From: Octopus vulgaris
Lineage: Eukaryota
Reading direction: 5' to 3'
Length of the DNA stretch: 64,000 nucleotides
NCBI GenBank assembly: GCA_951406725.2
Contig: OX597816.1
Span: 59,458,001 to 59,522,000 of the forward strand
A model generated the notes under the pieces. It worked only from the letters and a program-made list of their open reading frames with translations, did not search any database and was not told where the DNA came from. Below, piece by piece: positions 12,766-25,960 of the stretch. The position numbers and the translations under genes were made by a program. Position 1 is the first letter of the stretch. Each line of letters opens with the position of its first letter.

Positions 12766-15272
12766 GATGGACCCGAGTGATAGAAGCTCAATATGGCAAT
12801 AATTCCACAATAAGATCTTTGAGGAACCAACTAGGTAATTTGGTAAACGAACTCGAGGAACACTTCGCTCAGCTTTTCGGGAGGAGCGGGGGACCGGGGA
12901 GCAGGAGGGACCTAACGGACTTCCTCGCCCAGCTGCCGCGTCTCTCGGGGCGAGAAGCAAAGGGCTGTGAAGGGCCGATCACAGCTGCGGAGGTAGAGGA
13001 GGCTATGGCGAACTGCGACGGGGGCAAATCACCGGGACTAGATAGTCTACCCTATGAATTATATAATAGTATGCCAGACTTGTTCAGGAACCTGCTAGCA
13101 TGTATCCTTGCGAACTGGCAGCAGAATGGGTTCGTTCCCAGATCTGTATGCCGGGGAGTGGTGACGCTGGTTAGAAAGGGCCCGAAAAAGGGGCATTCAG
13201 TAGATAGCTTTAAGACCATCACACTGTTAAATACAGAGTTGAAGATTTGGGCCAAGGTTTTAGCGAAAAGGTTGGCACGGATCGCGGATGGACTCTTTGG
13301 GGAAGCACAAACCTGTGCCATTTCCAGCAGATCCATTCACGACAATCTCCACCTTACACGCTATACCTTAGAGGGAATTAATAGCAAACCCGGCACGGGT
13401 GGGGCACTGGTCCATTTAGACCAAGTTAAGGCTTTCGATAGGGTTGACCATCGGTACCTGGTGTCGGTCCTTGCGGCGTTCGTCCTGGGTCCGAAATTCC
13501 GTAGCTAGATCATCGCCATGTATGGCGGCTTTGACTCGATAGTTCCTTTCGAAGCTGTTCTGCATCAAACACTCGGTTCTTCAAGTCGTCAAGAGTGTCC
13601 TATCTTCCCACTTATGTGTTGGCTCTTGAGCCATTACTGCGAAAGCGAGAGGTGCCGATGAGCATCTCGAGAGAGCCAGGATGTGGAGGATCGATAACAG
13701 CGTATGCGAACGATATCACCATCATCGTATCCGAAGTGGAACACCTACAGAGGGTAAGTGATGCTATTAAGGAATACGAGACGGTGGCAGGAGCAAAGGT
13801 TAATCGTGAAAAATCAATCGGCTTGCAATTCGGCATCTGAAGGGGCAAGTCGATACCTCCTAACAGCGTCGTGGGACGTTGGACGGAGGGTCCGATTAAA
13901 CCGCTAGGGGTCTGGTTTGGACCAGATCTCCGGATAGAGAAGAATTGGGGCGTGGTATTGAGAAGGGTAACCCACCAAACCCAAACCTGGTTTGGGCGGT
14001 GACTATCCCTGAAAGAGAGGGCGGAGATTGCCAATGTGTTTATTGCATCGGTGATTACTTACCGCCTAACCGTCGTGCCTTGTCCCGATTCGTTGCTAGC
14101 CAAGTTGGAACGACTGTTCTTTCGCTTTTTGTGCAAGGGCACGGGACCACTTGTGAGGCGCTCTATCTGCTGCCAACAACCGTTAAAGAGAGGGCTAGGG
14201 ATGTCGTGGTTGATGATACGCAGACATGCGCTGAGGCTGAGGCATCTGTGGCTCTACCTGGATTGTGAACGAGTATGAACTCCGCTCGCTAAATCGACTT
14301 TTCCCAAGTTCACACGTTTTTGAGGACTGGAATCCTGAGTCTATCGTAGATCTAAGTTGGTACACTGAGTGCCGAAAGGCTCTCGTACTTTTCTATCTTT
14401 CGGGCAATGCCGGCGGTGGTGGTTCAGCTACGTCATTCTATAGAGAGATGGCAGAGTCGAAGTGTGAGGATACCTTAGGGGAGGTCCTCGGCCTCGACGA
14501 TGATCATCTCACCAGCTTGTTCCGAAGAACATTCGGGCCGGGTCCCTGGATAATTTCCAAAAACGCCTGGCCTAGAAGTGTTACCGAAGAGCCTTATCTG
14601 TTCGGGATAAGCTCACAAAGCATGGCTGCCCCGGCTCACCAACTTTCCCAAGATACATGCAGGATAAAGAAACAGTCCTGCATGCGATTGCGCAATGTTC
14701 GGGTGTGTCGGATCTGTGGACTTATGTCGAACAACTGTTGTCAAGTATTGGAAGAGTGCAGCTGTCCGCTGAGTCAATTGTAAAAATTGACCCACCTGCC
14801 TCCTTGAATAAAGTAGGTAAGATTTGTTTTCTCGTAGTAGTGGCAGTTGCGAAAGAGGTTATAAGGAAGAGCAGAATGAAAGGACTTGTGACCGGCAACT
14901 TCATCTCTGGCCCTGTACTGGTGACTTTTTTCACTTTGCATCTGAAAAGGAAAATAGGGCTGGTGAGGAAATGCCTGTAAGTTGTTGTGTTCTGGAAAAG
15001 ATGGAAGAGTGTGGTACGGATGTTGCGAATGAATGTACCCACATGAATATCCCATAAAAGATTTACCTAAAGTATCAGTTGTGGAACGGGGCTTATGGGG
15101 TCGAAGCAGAACCCGTCCCCTGTTTCATTGTTTTTGTGTCTTTGTTTAATCATTCGAAATACTTTGTCATGAATTTAAAAAGAAAAAAAACAATTTCATC
15201 TTTCTGTAAATCATCTGATCCCGCCAGATTGTACTGTCCCTTCTTTTTGACCCCTAGTGGGTAATAAAAAAA
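12762..15272 (+). mobile_element. L1/Tx1-clade LINE, 5' truncated and decayed, directly downstream of a (TG)n tract
   Basis: RT motifs KSPGLDSLPYELY, ITLLNTELKIWAKVLAKRL, LDQVKAFDRVDH and AYANDI (decayed YADD). Also a C-terminal zinc knuckle remnant (ETVLHAIAQC) and a 3' UTR ending aataaaaaaa. Confidence 0.92.
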
Positions 15273-15277
15273 TCTGA

Positions 15278-15662
15278 ATACTCTTTTACTTGTTTCAGTC
15301 ATTTTGACTGTGGCCATGCTGGAGCACCGCCTTTAGTCGAGCAAATCGACCCCGGGACTTATTCTTTGTAAGCCCAGTACTTATTCTATCGGTCTCTTTT
15401 GCCGAACCGCTAAGTAACGGGGACGTAAACACACCAGCATCGGTTGTCAAGCAATGCTAGGGGGACAAACACACACACATATATATATATACATATATAC
15501 GACAGGCTTCTTCAGTTTCCGTCTACCAAATCCACTCACAAGGCATTGGTCGGACCCGGGCTATAGCAGAAGACACTTGCCCAAGATGCCACGCAGTGGG
15601 ACTGAACCCGGAACCATGTGGTTGGTTAGTAAGCTACTTACCACACAGCCACTCCTGTGCCT
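15278..15662 (-). mobile_element. SINE family A (tRNA head, CORE-like gcaccttgggcaagtg segment, internal microsatellite). Other full or partial copies at ~6128, 18648-18795, 28878-29350, 32355-32780, 33075-33365, 33570-33983, 37275-37430, 46045-46250 and 61652-62008
   Basis: Head caggagtggctgtgtggtaagtagcttac..ggttccgggttcagtccc and tail ggcggtgctccagcatggccacagtcaaaatgactgaaacaagtaaaag. Many near-identical copies in the window. Confidence 0.9.
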
Positions 15663-16166
15663 ATACGGAATAGTATATTCCGACACAGCATTACTCTTTT
15701 ATAAATCCTTTAGGTGAACTCTGATGAGGAAATATAGATGATTGTTATGGTTGGAATTATCTCGCCCATACAAACCTATATCTTCTCGAAACGGCCGCCA
15801 GACTTTGCAGTTGTTCAAGATTCCTTTTAAAATCATTTTATACCAACTTCCTCATCTTTTTGGATTACCGCTATACATTCACCATCCGTATATTTTAATA
15901 TCCTCGTTGATTTTAATATGGACATACATTCTCGCAAGTACATTTATGCATTTTTATATATTTATATACTTCTATATTATATCTTGTATATATGAGTGCA
16001 TTTATGTATGCTGTGAAGTATTCCGACGCTTTGAAATATATTGGATGAATATGAACACTGACTTTTGAAATTATTCTCTCTTCCTTTGGTTTTATATTCC
16101 TTATGGTCTATTAGAGTGCTAATCAGTTGTGCTGTATAAGGGGATAATTATCCCATTTATTTCTTC

Positions 16167-16225
<59 letters not shown>

Positions 16226-17365
16226 TCACAAACACACACACATATATATATATAACAATAAGACCGAACCTGAGGCAAACCAAAATAATAATAATTAAAA
16301 TAATTAAAATAATGATAAGCAGAATGAATCAGCTCACAGTGTAGGTTTTTATTCTTTGAGAAAATGAAATACAATTATGATTCTATGGAAATACAGTTAT
16401 GTTTTAAAATATTTTTTCAACTGCTTCCGGAATGAAAATTTTCAGCAACGACTGGGGCATACTGAGACACAACGGCAACGTCGTCTTTTGTGTAATAAAT
16501 AGAAACTGACTGACTGTAACAAAATTATTTCCCTGAAATCAAATAGTTTAATATACATTAGTTTCTGTAATGATTCTAAACATAGACGATTAAAATAGTT
16601 TTAATTCTGTCTGCTGAATTAAACAATACCTTCCGCAACAATAGTTTTTTAGAGCATAATGTTGACACAAACTTTATTGCTGTCTCAAATGTATTACATG
16701 TAATCTCGTTTATCTCTGATTAATTCATCACTGATTCGGAATAAAACGGTTTGTTCAATTCTGAACCATGTTACATTTATCAAGGTTTGATCTCTGATAA
16801 AATAGGTTGACGATCAGTCGAAAATTCTGCTTGTACTGCATAAGTGCGTTAAAACGAGCCCACCCCTATAATGCTCAGCTCCCAGAATGCATAGACTATA
16901 ACTTGTGTTTATCTGACCATTCTGTGAGACTGCGTATTTCTTTATACGGACTTACGAGCTGATATCCAACAATCTGAGATCAGTAAACGGAACATATTCG
17001 AAGGCGCTCGATCCAAACAGACGGCACAAACTCGTATTCTCTGCAGAAAAAAGGTAGAAATGATCAAGAAAATACGTGACTGTGGAAGCTTCGCTACTGT
17101 GATTTCGCGACTTTGGTGTCAATGAATCTACTATTAATTCCACTTACAAAGTACGCGGATTTCATGTACCACTGATTCAATTATCACTATATTTTGTGTG
17201 TGTGTGTGTGTGTGTGTTTTATACCAAACCCCCGTGATAAAAGAGGATAGATGTAGGCCTTTAGAGACGTCGACACTGTTGTAGGGGGTTGATGCCAGGC
17301 CTCCAGTCTAGTCATAACTCCCTCTCTTCAATCTCACAGAGATGTCAAGAGTACATTTATTCATT

Positions 17366-17397
<32 letters not shown>

Positions 17398-17412
17398 AAT
17401 ACACACATCTAA

Positions 17413-17492
<80 letters not shown>

Positions 17493-17714
17493 CGAGGGGG
17501 CGCTGAAAAGTTTCTGGCTTTGGGTAAAAGAAAACACGGGAGGATCAGTTAATTATTATTTCATTCAAGATATCACCACACCCCCTCAGATTCACACACT
17601 TATTGCAGCGGTCCTTTAGCTTTTCTAAGCCATGTAAAGGAACTCAGAAGGTTGGGCCTCACACCAGGCTTTTCGCGATATCCTTAAAGCCAGGACCTTT
17701 TCAGCACACCCTCG
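17493..17714. mobile_element. Mariner-type MITE
   Basis: Terminal inverted repeats cgagggggcgctgaaaagtttctggctt / aagccaggaccttttcagcacaccctcg, with TA on the right and no ORF. Confidence 0.8.
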
Positions 17715-17766
17715 TACATGCATACATCTGTATATCTATGTGTGTGTGTGTATGTAAATATAAATA

Positions 17767-17801
<35 letters not shown>

Positions 17802-18849
17802 GTGTGTGTGTGTATAGATATGTATAAAGAAAATGGGAGAAGAAAGAGAAGAGAGACAGAAGTGAGAGAGTAGAGCACGAGAACAGCAGTTGCTTAATGA
17901 TGAAAGAGGTACAAAAGAATAAAAGAATAAAGGAACAAAAATTATAACAGAACACAATGACGTATTAACTCAAGCTTGAATCGTTTATACAAAATAATAG
18001 AAAAAAATAGTAAATCTGGGCTAAGGAGATTTATTCCAAGTGATGTTGTCTTTTGTTCACGTTACCATTCTTCAATGTGTGTATGTATGTATGTATGTAT
18101 GTATGTATGTATGTATGTATGTATGTATGTATGTATGTATGTATGTATGCAGTCATGTATGTGTACTTGCGTAGGAGATACGCCCTTCGTCACCGGTAAG
18201 AATTCGACAAACGGCGTTTCTCCTAAGCTAGGAGACTATTAGTAGTTGAAAAAGCTGATTTAAGCCGACGAAGTTGTATACGTACATACATGTATGTATG
18301 TATGTATGTATGTATGTATGTATGTATGTATGTATGTATGTATGTATGTATGTATGTATGTATGTATGCATGCATGCATGCATGCATGTATGTATGTATG
18401 TATGTATGTATGTATGTATGTATGTATGTATGTACGTGTATAGTTGAAATTTACAGATAAAACAAAAGATGAAGACAGGTGTATAAACAAATAGCAGGTA
18501 TATTCGTTTGACGCTCGTGAAGGTGAGAAAATCTTTTATGTTTTGAGCCTACGCTCTTCATCAGAAAGGAACACAAGGTAATAAACAGAGAAAGAATTTT
18601 TTAAAAAAGCTTTTGGAGTTAGCGGTCAATCATGGCGAGGTGTATATACTTGTTTCAGTCATTTGACTGCGGCCATGCATGCTGGAGCACCGCCTTTCGT
18701 AGAACAAATCGACTCCAGGGTTTATTCTTTGTGAGCCTGGAACTTATTTTATTGGTCTCTTTTGCCGAACTACTATGTTACGGGGAGGTAAACATATATC
18801 TATATAATCAAACCCTAAACCCTTCTTTAAGAATATTATAGAATCTGCA

Positions 18850-19890
18850 ATCGTGCATTGTAGCGTAGGGTCACTCCTCGAAAGAGGATAAATGTAACAC
18901 TGAATGTACAATTCAAAAGTGTTTTTATCCCACTCTTAATGCAGATGCAAGCCAGCAAACCTGTGGAGTTCTTTAACAGATGTAAAAAGGAAGACAAACA
19001 CAACTCTTACAGCACTTCGAATAGGTGTTAAGGCAGCTAATAGGAGTTGAGCTCAATATACAGGTGGGCTGGAAATTTCCAAGCCCTTCGCTACCAGCAC
19101 ACGAATCTGAATGAAATGCAGACAGAATGCACTGGCCAAGGAAGGGTTGCAATCTCAGGGCGTGACCTGATGTATCTTTCCGGCTGCATATTACTGAATT
19201 GGTAATAAAATGCAACAGGCTGGCCGGATGGATACTTAGAACTTTCAGAACGAGAGAACAGGAAACCAAGATGGTCCTACGGAGTCCCCAGCCGCTTACA
19301 CAACTGCTCTTGACTATGGTCACCACACAGTGTAAAATTGAAGCAATCCAGCGAAGCTACGCAAATTTCGTCTCAATACATGTTAGCTACTGGGAGAGGT
19401 TGAAAAAGTTAAGACTCCACTCCCAAGAACGAAAACGGGAAAAATGTGCAATGATATACATCTGGGAAATCCTGGAAGGTCTTGTACCAAACTTTGGCAT
19501 TGAAAGTCACACAAACAGCAAAATATGGTGTTACTGCATAGTACCAAAGATCCCAACATTGCCATCAGGATACGGACCAAATACTGCAACAGTTTGGCTT
19601 TCAAGAGCCCACAGGTCTTCAATATCCTCTTTAAAAAATCCCGAGAGACCTAGATGGGGTGGATGCAGGTGTCTTCAAAACAGAACTGGATCTCCTCCAG
19701 TCAAAAGTTCCAGATGAACCTACCTCACTGCAAGAAACGCAAATGAGGACAACGGCATCGAACTCCCTCATTTACCAAATGCCACACGTCAGAGGAGGTT
19801 TCAAGCAGTAAAACGGTGGCAAAGCTATCCGCAGTGCCCCAGCATGGCCGCAGCTCTCGAGCCGAAATTAGTAAAAGAATGAAAAGAATA
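18850..19890 (+). mobile_element. CR1/L2-group LINE 3' fragment
   Basis: Contains KCNRLAGWILRTFRTRE, IEAIQRSY and SYWERLKKLRLHSQERKRE..AMIYIWEILEGLVPN, which is typical C-terminal sequence for this group. Confidence 0.82.
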
Positions 19891-19900
19891 CATACGTACA

Positions 19901-19935
<35 letters not shown>

Positions 19936-20174
19936 ATGCATGTTTTGTGTATACACCACAGACTTATGCAAATATATTCTTCATCTAATATTTTATTTGA
20001 GTTTTCCACAAATTCGACGGATAATGGTGAATCCATTTTCATAAGAGTTCCTCAGTTGAAATCCTGGCTATGACTCTATACAAACACACGCACACATACG
20101 CACGATCATACGCACACGCACACATACGCACACGCATACACTTATTTAAATGCGCTCATATACATATATATATA

Positions 20175-20217
<43 letters not shown>

Positions 20218-20787
20218 ATATACATATATACGTACGCCTGATTGTTCTCATGAGCAACATGGATGTGGCCCTTCAATGTTGCTGGGCGCCTCTAGCAATA
20301 GGTGTTGAGAGGGCGAGCTTAGGCCCCCACCTCAACTCATGCCCTTCATTCCGTCATTGAGTGTTTTGCATTGTTTTGCTACGGCCAGCCATCGTATGCA
20401 GTACAAAACAGAGCTGTTTAACAGCAAGCGATGCCTGCGCTTGAAGCTTCTTCAAGCGAGAGACACCCTCGTCTTCGTTGAAACATCTCTCTTAGAGAAG
20501 GCGAACTCTGATGTAACGCTTTCGAATATGTCTGCATCCAATGATGTGGACTAGTTTTTTTTTTCTTTTGTGGGGGCAAATACGTACATACAAACATCCG
20601 TTTAAACATATAGACATACATATAAGCACACACACACACACACACACACACACGTACATAACCATTGTCTCCTTTTGTTTCTAAAAGTTCATTAAAGTAG
20701 ACAGACATAGATCTATTCAACAGTGCAACTTCCTTTTCGTAAAGTTCACAGACTTTACTTTAATTCTCTTTTCTTCTTCTTCTTCCT

Positions 20788-21027
20788 TTACATTGTGGTA
20801 ATTTCGTCCGGTTCCTTCGGTTTCTCGCCAGGGAGGGATGTGTACATCTTACCCCCTGATTTGGTTTCAATATCATCGAACATAATTGGCTCCCGCTTCT
20901 CGTCCGGGGATCGAACGCCGAGACAGCAACTTCGCAGGTGACATTTCTCGTCCGAGGTACTTGAGAACACCTTGTCGTACATTAGGGTTCCCACCACACC
21001 GCCCAGCAAATCTCCGACCCAATAGAT
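20788..21027 (-). CDS. Aquaporin (MIP family), terminal coding exon: TM6 plus cytoplasmic C-tail
   Basis: The acceptor ttgtttgtttcag| is followed by [37 protein letters not shown]...EPDEITTM*. This matches the aquaporin TM6 consensus (IYWVGPxxGxxxAxxxYxxxF). It joins in phase 0 to the exon at 27860-27940. Confidence 0.92.
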   Translation of the reverse strand: MYWVGDLLGGVVGTLMYDKVFSSTSDEKCHLRSCCLGVRSPDEKREPIMFDDIETKSGGKMYTSLPGEKPKEPDEITTM

Positions 21028-21682
21028 CTGAAACAAACAACGAAAACACAAAGAATAAGATGAAAACAAAACAAAACAAAAACAATAACAAAAATAAAAG
21101 CAAAAGATTCATTGCAAAAAAAAAACCCTCATAACTTCTCTCTCTCTCTTTCTCTTCCTTCCTTTCTATCTCTCTCTTTCCCTCTCTTTCTCTCTCACAC
21201 GTACACGCACGCACATCCGCGGGCGCGCACACACAGACACAGACACAAGCAGAGATACACACACATACACATACGCACACACACACACACACACGCAGCA
21301 CATGCGCGCGCGCACACACACACAGACACACACAAACACAAGCACAGATACACACACACACACGCACGTGTGCGCGCGCACACATATACATACACACACG
21401 CGCATACACACACAGGTACGCGCACACACACACACACTCCAACGTACGCACACATACACTCACACACGTGCGTACACACACACACACACATACCAACGAA
21501 AGGCACATTATGCTGTTCACAGCTTTAATGACCACTGACCCTAAACCATTATTGTTGTTTTGTCTCGGGTCACTCTGATCCATAAGACCTATCATCAAAT
21601 CTATTCCAGTCGTGACTCTCGCGACTTTTCTCTGAGGAAACTTGCGTTTACATTAATGTTTAGGAACGCAAACTCCAACACA

Positions 21683-21719
<37 letters not shown>

Positions 21720-21769
21720 CATTCTGAACACCATTTCCTCTACATCAGCACGACCATCACCATGACCAC

Positions 21770-22330
21770 CACTACTACAGCGCTCCCGACAACAACAGCT
21801 ACAACTGTACACTACATCACTTATTTCTTGCAACTAATCAACAACTAATGCTACTACTAGAGCCACCACCCCACCACCACCACCACCACCATTACCACCA
21901 CCACCACTACCTTCACCACTACTACCAGCACCATTATTACCACCATCATTGCCACCACCACCGCCACCATTATTACAAACATTACTACCATCACCATCAT
22001 TATCACCACTACTACCACCACCACCACCACCACCACCACCACCACCACCACCACCATCATCACCATTACTACCACCATCATCACCATTACCACCACCACC
22101 ACCACCACCATCATCACCATTACCACCACCACCATCATCACCATTACCACCACCACCACCACCATCATCACCATTACCACCACCACCACCATCATCACCA
22201 TTACCACCACCACCACTACCATCAGAATCACAACCATCATTACCATCGCAACCACTACTATCACCACCATCTCCATCACCATCACCACCAACAACACTAA
22301 CACCACAACCACTACCTATCACCAACCACC
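21770..22330. repeat. Compound trinucleotide repeat (CAC/CAT/TAC)n in the aquaporin intron
   Basis: Direct reading shows a higher-order unit of about ccaccaccaccatcatcaccatta. Confidence 0.9.
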
Positions 22331-22905
22331 TCCACCGTGTTTACCACAAATAACACAACCGCCGCGCCACCACCATCGCTCACTCCACCGCCTCCATCTC
22401 TCTTCAACAATCCCTCCCCTCCAAACGTTTGTCATTTTCGCTCCCCGACCCTGCTCTCCCACTGCACTTAAAAGCCAGCAGGAATTCCAGCAATGCCAAA
22501 AATTGCTGGTTCAGGGAACGTTGTCATAGCAACACCATTTTGCAGATAAACAACAACATCTGAAGAAGCAGCAAGCGATATCGATAACAACAACAATAAT
22601 TGCTGCTGTCGCTGCTGCTATTGTTGTTGCTGTTGTAAAACGCATGGAAAAAGTCATCGAGGAATATAGGGAATCGAAACCAAAATACGCTTAAAAGGAA
22701 CCTCGTCAGCTAGCTGCCTCCATTCAACACATAGCCACCTCCATTTGGCGAGGTTGCAAACCCACACGAATAGCTACCACACTATCTGGCCATGTTGGAA
22801 TTATCACGAATATTTTTCACGAAATTCCAATTTCTTTAAAAAAATTGCATGCGTGTGACGCATGAGCTTCTTTTTCACAATCTCTTAAAATTATCACAAT
22901 CAACT

Positions 22906-23013
<108 letters not shown>

Positions 23014-23100
23014 GTGGCTAGTTAGCTAGCAGTCTATCTATCTACATTATTTACATTATTTACATTTGACGGATATTTGTCCTCATCTTGTTTGTTGTTA

Positions 23101-23144
23101 ACATGACGTTTCGACTGATATATCCTCCAGCCTTCATCAGGTGT
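23101..23144 (-). ncRNA. Minimal type I hammerhead motif, in sense orientation in the aquaporin intron
   Basis: Layout is acac CUGAUGA a GGCUG-gaggauauau-CAGUC GAAAC GUC augu. The innermost stem I pair is a C.A mismatch. Confidence 0.65.
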
Positions 23145-23198
23145 CTTGGGGAAATTTGAACCTGGGTTCTCATTCCTAAGGTATTTTTTCGATGTTGC

Positions 23199-23276
<78 letters not shown>

Positions 23277-23352
23277 CATCATCATCATCATCATTAGTAG
23301 TAGTAGTAGTAGTAGTAGTATTCAGGTCACTGCTTAAAATTCCAGGCAGTGA

Positions 23353-23419
<67 letters not shown>

Positions 23420-23423
<4 letters not shown>

Positions 23424-23965
23424 GCCCTGACGCAGTACCAGGCAGTGGCTCTCGTGGCTTCTGATCTTAACTGATTGGAAGTGTTATCATGTTCATTGTT
23501 GATGGGCTACAGCAAATATTCTGCTCAATACCTTAGATTTGCTTGTCAGTTGTTTGACCTTAACCAGTTGAGCATGTCCCTTAGTGGCTGACAATATGTG
23601 CATCTCTGATCATGAGCAGGAGTAGAGGGGGAGCATCATAGCCATGTGTTGATAGGGATTCTTTGGGGTTTGGATAATTCACCATTGGAAACATGGGTGT
23701 TTCGTTCAACATCCTTAAACAATCCTTATTCAGGGACCTTTTGAGCGGGATGGGTTACTCGACCAGAAGAAAATTCTAACTAGGCCCCACCTGCAAGGTC
23801 ATGTGCTGTGTATCTTGATATGAGATCACCACGTCGCGCATATATGGTTGTGATGCATGTACTTGGTGTATCCTTATCAGACATGTAGTATTGATGGGTA
23901 TACTGGGCATCGTATATTTTACCCCAGTGTCACTTTGATGGCATGCACTGCTCTCGCACTCAATG
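23420..23965. mobile_element. ~550-bp non-coding repeat inserted in (AAT)n; partial second copy at ~30058-30325
   Basis: 23703-23963 aligns by eye with 30058-30325 (gttc..catcc..aaacaa..cttattcaggga.cttttgagcgggatgggttactcgaccagaagaaaatt...). Both copies are flanked by (AAT)n. Confidence 0.75.
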
Positions 23966-24055
23966 GTAATAATAATAATAACAACAACAACAACAACAAC
24001 AACAACATAGAAAATACCTTGGAAATGCGAACCCAGTTTCGAAATTTTCCCCAAG

Positions 24056-24099
24056 ATACCTGATGAAGGCTGGAGGTTATATCAGCCGAAACGTTGTAT
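24056..24099 (+). ncRNA. Minimal type I hammerhead motif (same family as 23101 and 55832)
   Basis: Layout is auac CUGAUGA a GGCUG-gagguuauau-CAGCC GAAAC GUU guau. The AACGUU palindrome allows a dimeric stem III. Confidence 0.7.
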
Positions 24100-24190
24100 T
24101 AACAAACAAGATGAGGACAAATATCTATCAAATGTAAATACTGTACATACTGTACATAATTCCTCATGTCTTAAATATAGAACTGTATTG

Positions 24191-24290
<100 letters not shown>

Positions 24291-24744
24291 CCTCTCTCTA
24301 TATATATCCATTTATCCATCAAACTATTTGTCTATCAATCTGTCTGTCTGTCTATTTGTCTGTCTCTGTCTATTTGTCTGTCTGTCTGTCTCTCTCTCTC
24401 ACACACACATATGTGTGTGTGTTTGTGTGTATACATATATATACATATGTATACTGATACATAGTAGAACAACACAGGAAAGAGAGATATTGTAAAAGGG
24501 GAAAGGAGAGATAGAGAGGCAGGAAAGGAGGAGAGAGAGAGGTGTAGAGATTGCACATGATTAAGGTGTGAGGGTGGAGAGAGATCATTAGGGAAAAGGG
24601 TGAGTGGAAGGTAGAGGAGAGTATTTTGTAGGAGTCGTAGAAAGAGGTTTTGGAGGGAGGGGGCTGTTGTTGTAAATTAAGGACAAGAACAGGAGATGGA
24701 GGGGTGAAGGAGAAAGGTAAATAGATAGAGAGAGACAGAGAAGG

Positions 24745-24799
<55 letters not shown>

Positions 24800-25242
24800 A
24801 GCGGATGTAGAAAAAGACGAAAAGGGAGATGTAGATAAATGGTATAAGAATGACATGGAGAGGATGAAAGAGTAAGGAGAGGGGGATGGAAGTCGTAAGG
24901 GCGGGAAAGAGTGAAATCCAATGAATATGTCTGAATGAAAGGAACACACACACACACACACATACATACATACACACACATACATACATAATGATCTTGA
25001 TATGTGTGTATGTGTGTGGCTCAAGTGTACAGAGAGCACGACAAATATTGCTAAGGGAACACGCATGCGTATTATATATATATATACACACACACAGACA
25101 TACATATATATGCGCCTTCGCACCTTTAAGCAACACGTGCAAATAGTGTTTTCTTTTGAGAAAGCTAAATGATAGAAGACATCAAATAAATTCTATCTCT
25201 CTTTCTCTTTCTCTCCTCCTCTCATTCCCGCCCCCCTCTCTC

Positions 25243-25321
<79 letters not shown>

Positions 25322-25960
25322 TTATTTATCTATTTATATATCTCCCTCTGTAGTTCTGTATTACGTTTCAGTAACCGCAGGGAATATTTATCTTTTCAGG
25401 AGGAGTTTGAGCTAGAATTATGAGTCTTGCGCCGACTGCTACAGTACCTAAGTGAAAACCTTCTATTTGTAACCCTCGCATCATCCCACCCCACCATCCT
25501 ACTTTAACATCTCCATCAACTGTTCAGAATCTGTCGTAGTCCTCTGCACGGAACCTTAATTAATGACAGTGCTGAGCTGGCAGAATCGTTAGCACGCCGG
25601 GCAAAATGCTTAGCGGTATATTGTTCGTCCTCTGCTCTGAGTTCAAATTCCGCCAAGGTCCACTTTGCCTTTCATCCTTTCGGGGTGGATAAAATAAGTA
25701 CCAGTTAAGCACAGGGCTCGATGTAATCGACTTACCTCCTCCACACAAATTTAAGGCATGTGTACCTATAGTATTTTTTAAATACCTTTTATTTGTTTCA
25801 GTCATTGGACCGCGGCCATGCTGGAACACAGCCTTGAAGAATTTAATAAATAGAGCGTAGTATTTATTTTAAGGTAAAAAATACGTTTTTTAAAAGAAAA
25901 ATAGTATTCCTTTCATCATTTGTACAAACACTAATAAAAGTTAAATCATAATTACTGTAT

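Noticed and set aside
15717-15803. Hammerhead as an active ribozyme (also the copies at ~18533, ~36958 and ~54807)
   Set aside because: Core or cleavage-site nucleotides are mutated (GCC triplet, AAAA for GAAA, CUGUAGA), so these are kept only as decayed family members.
21834-22353. Gly-rich, His-rich, Pro-rich and Val-rich ORFs in several frames
   Set aside because: They are translations of a compound (CAC/CAT/TAC)n repeat in the aquaporin intron, with no splice or domain support.
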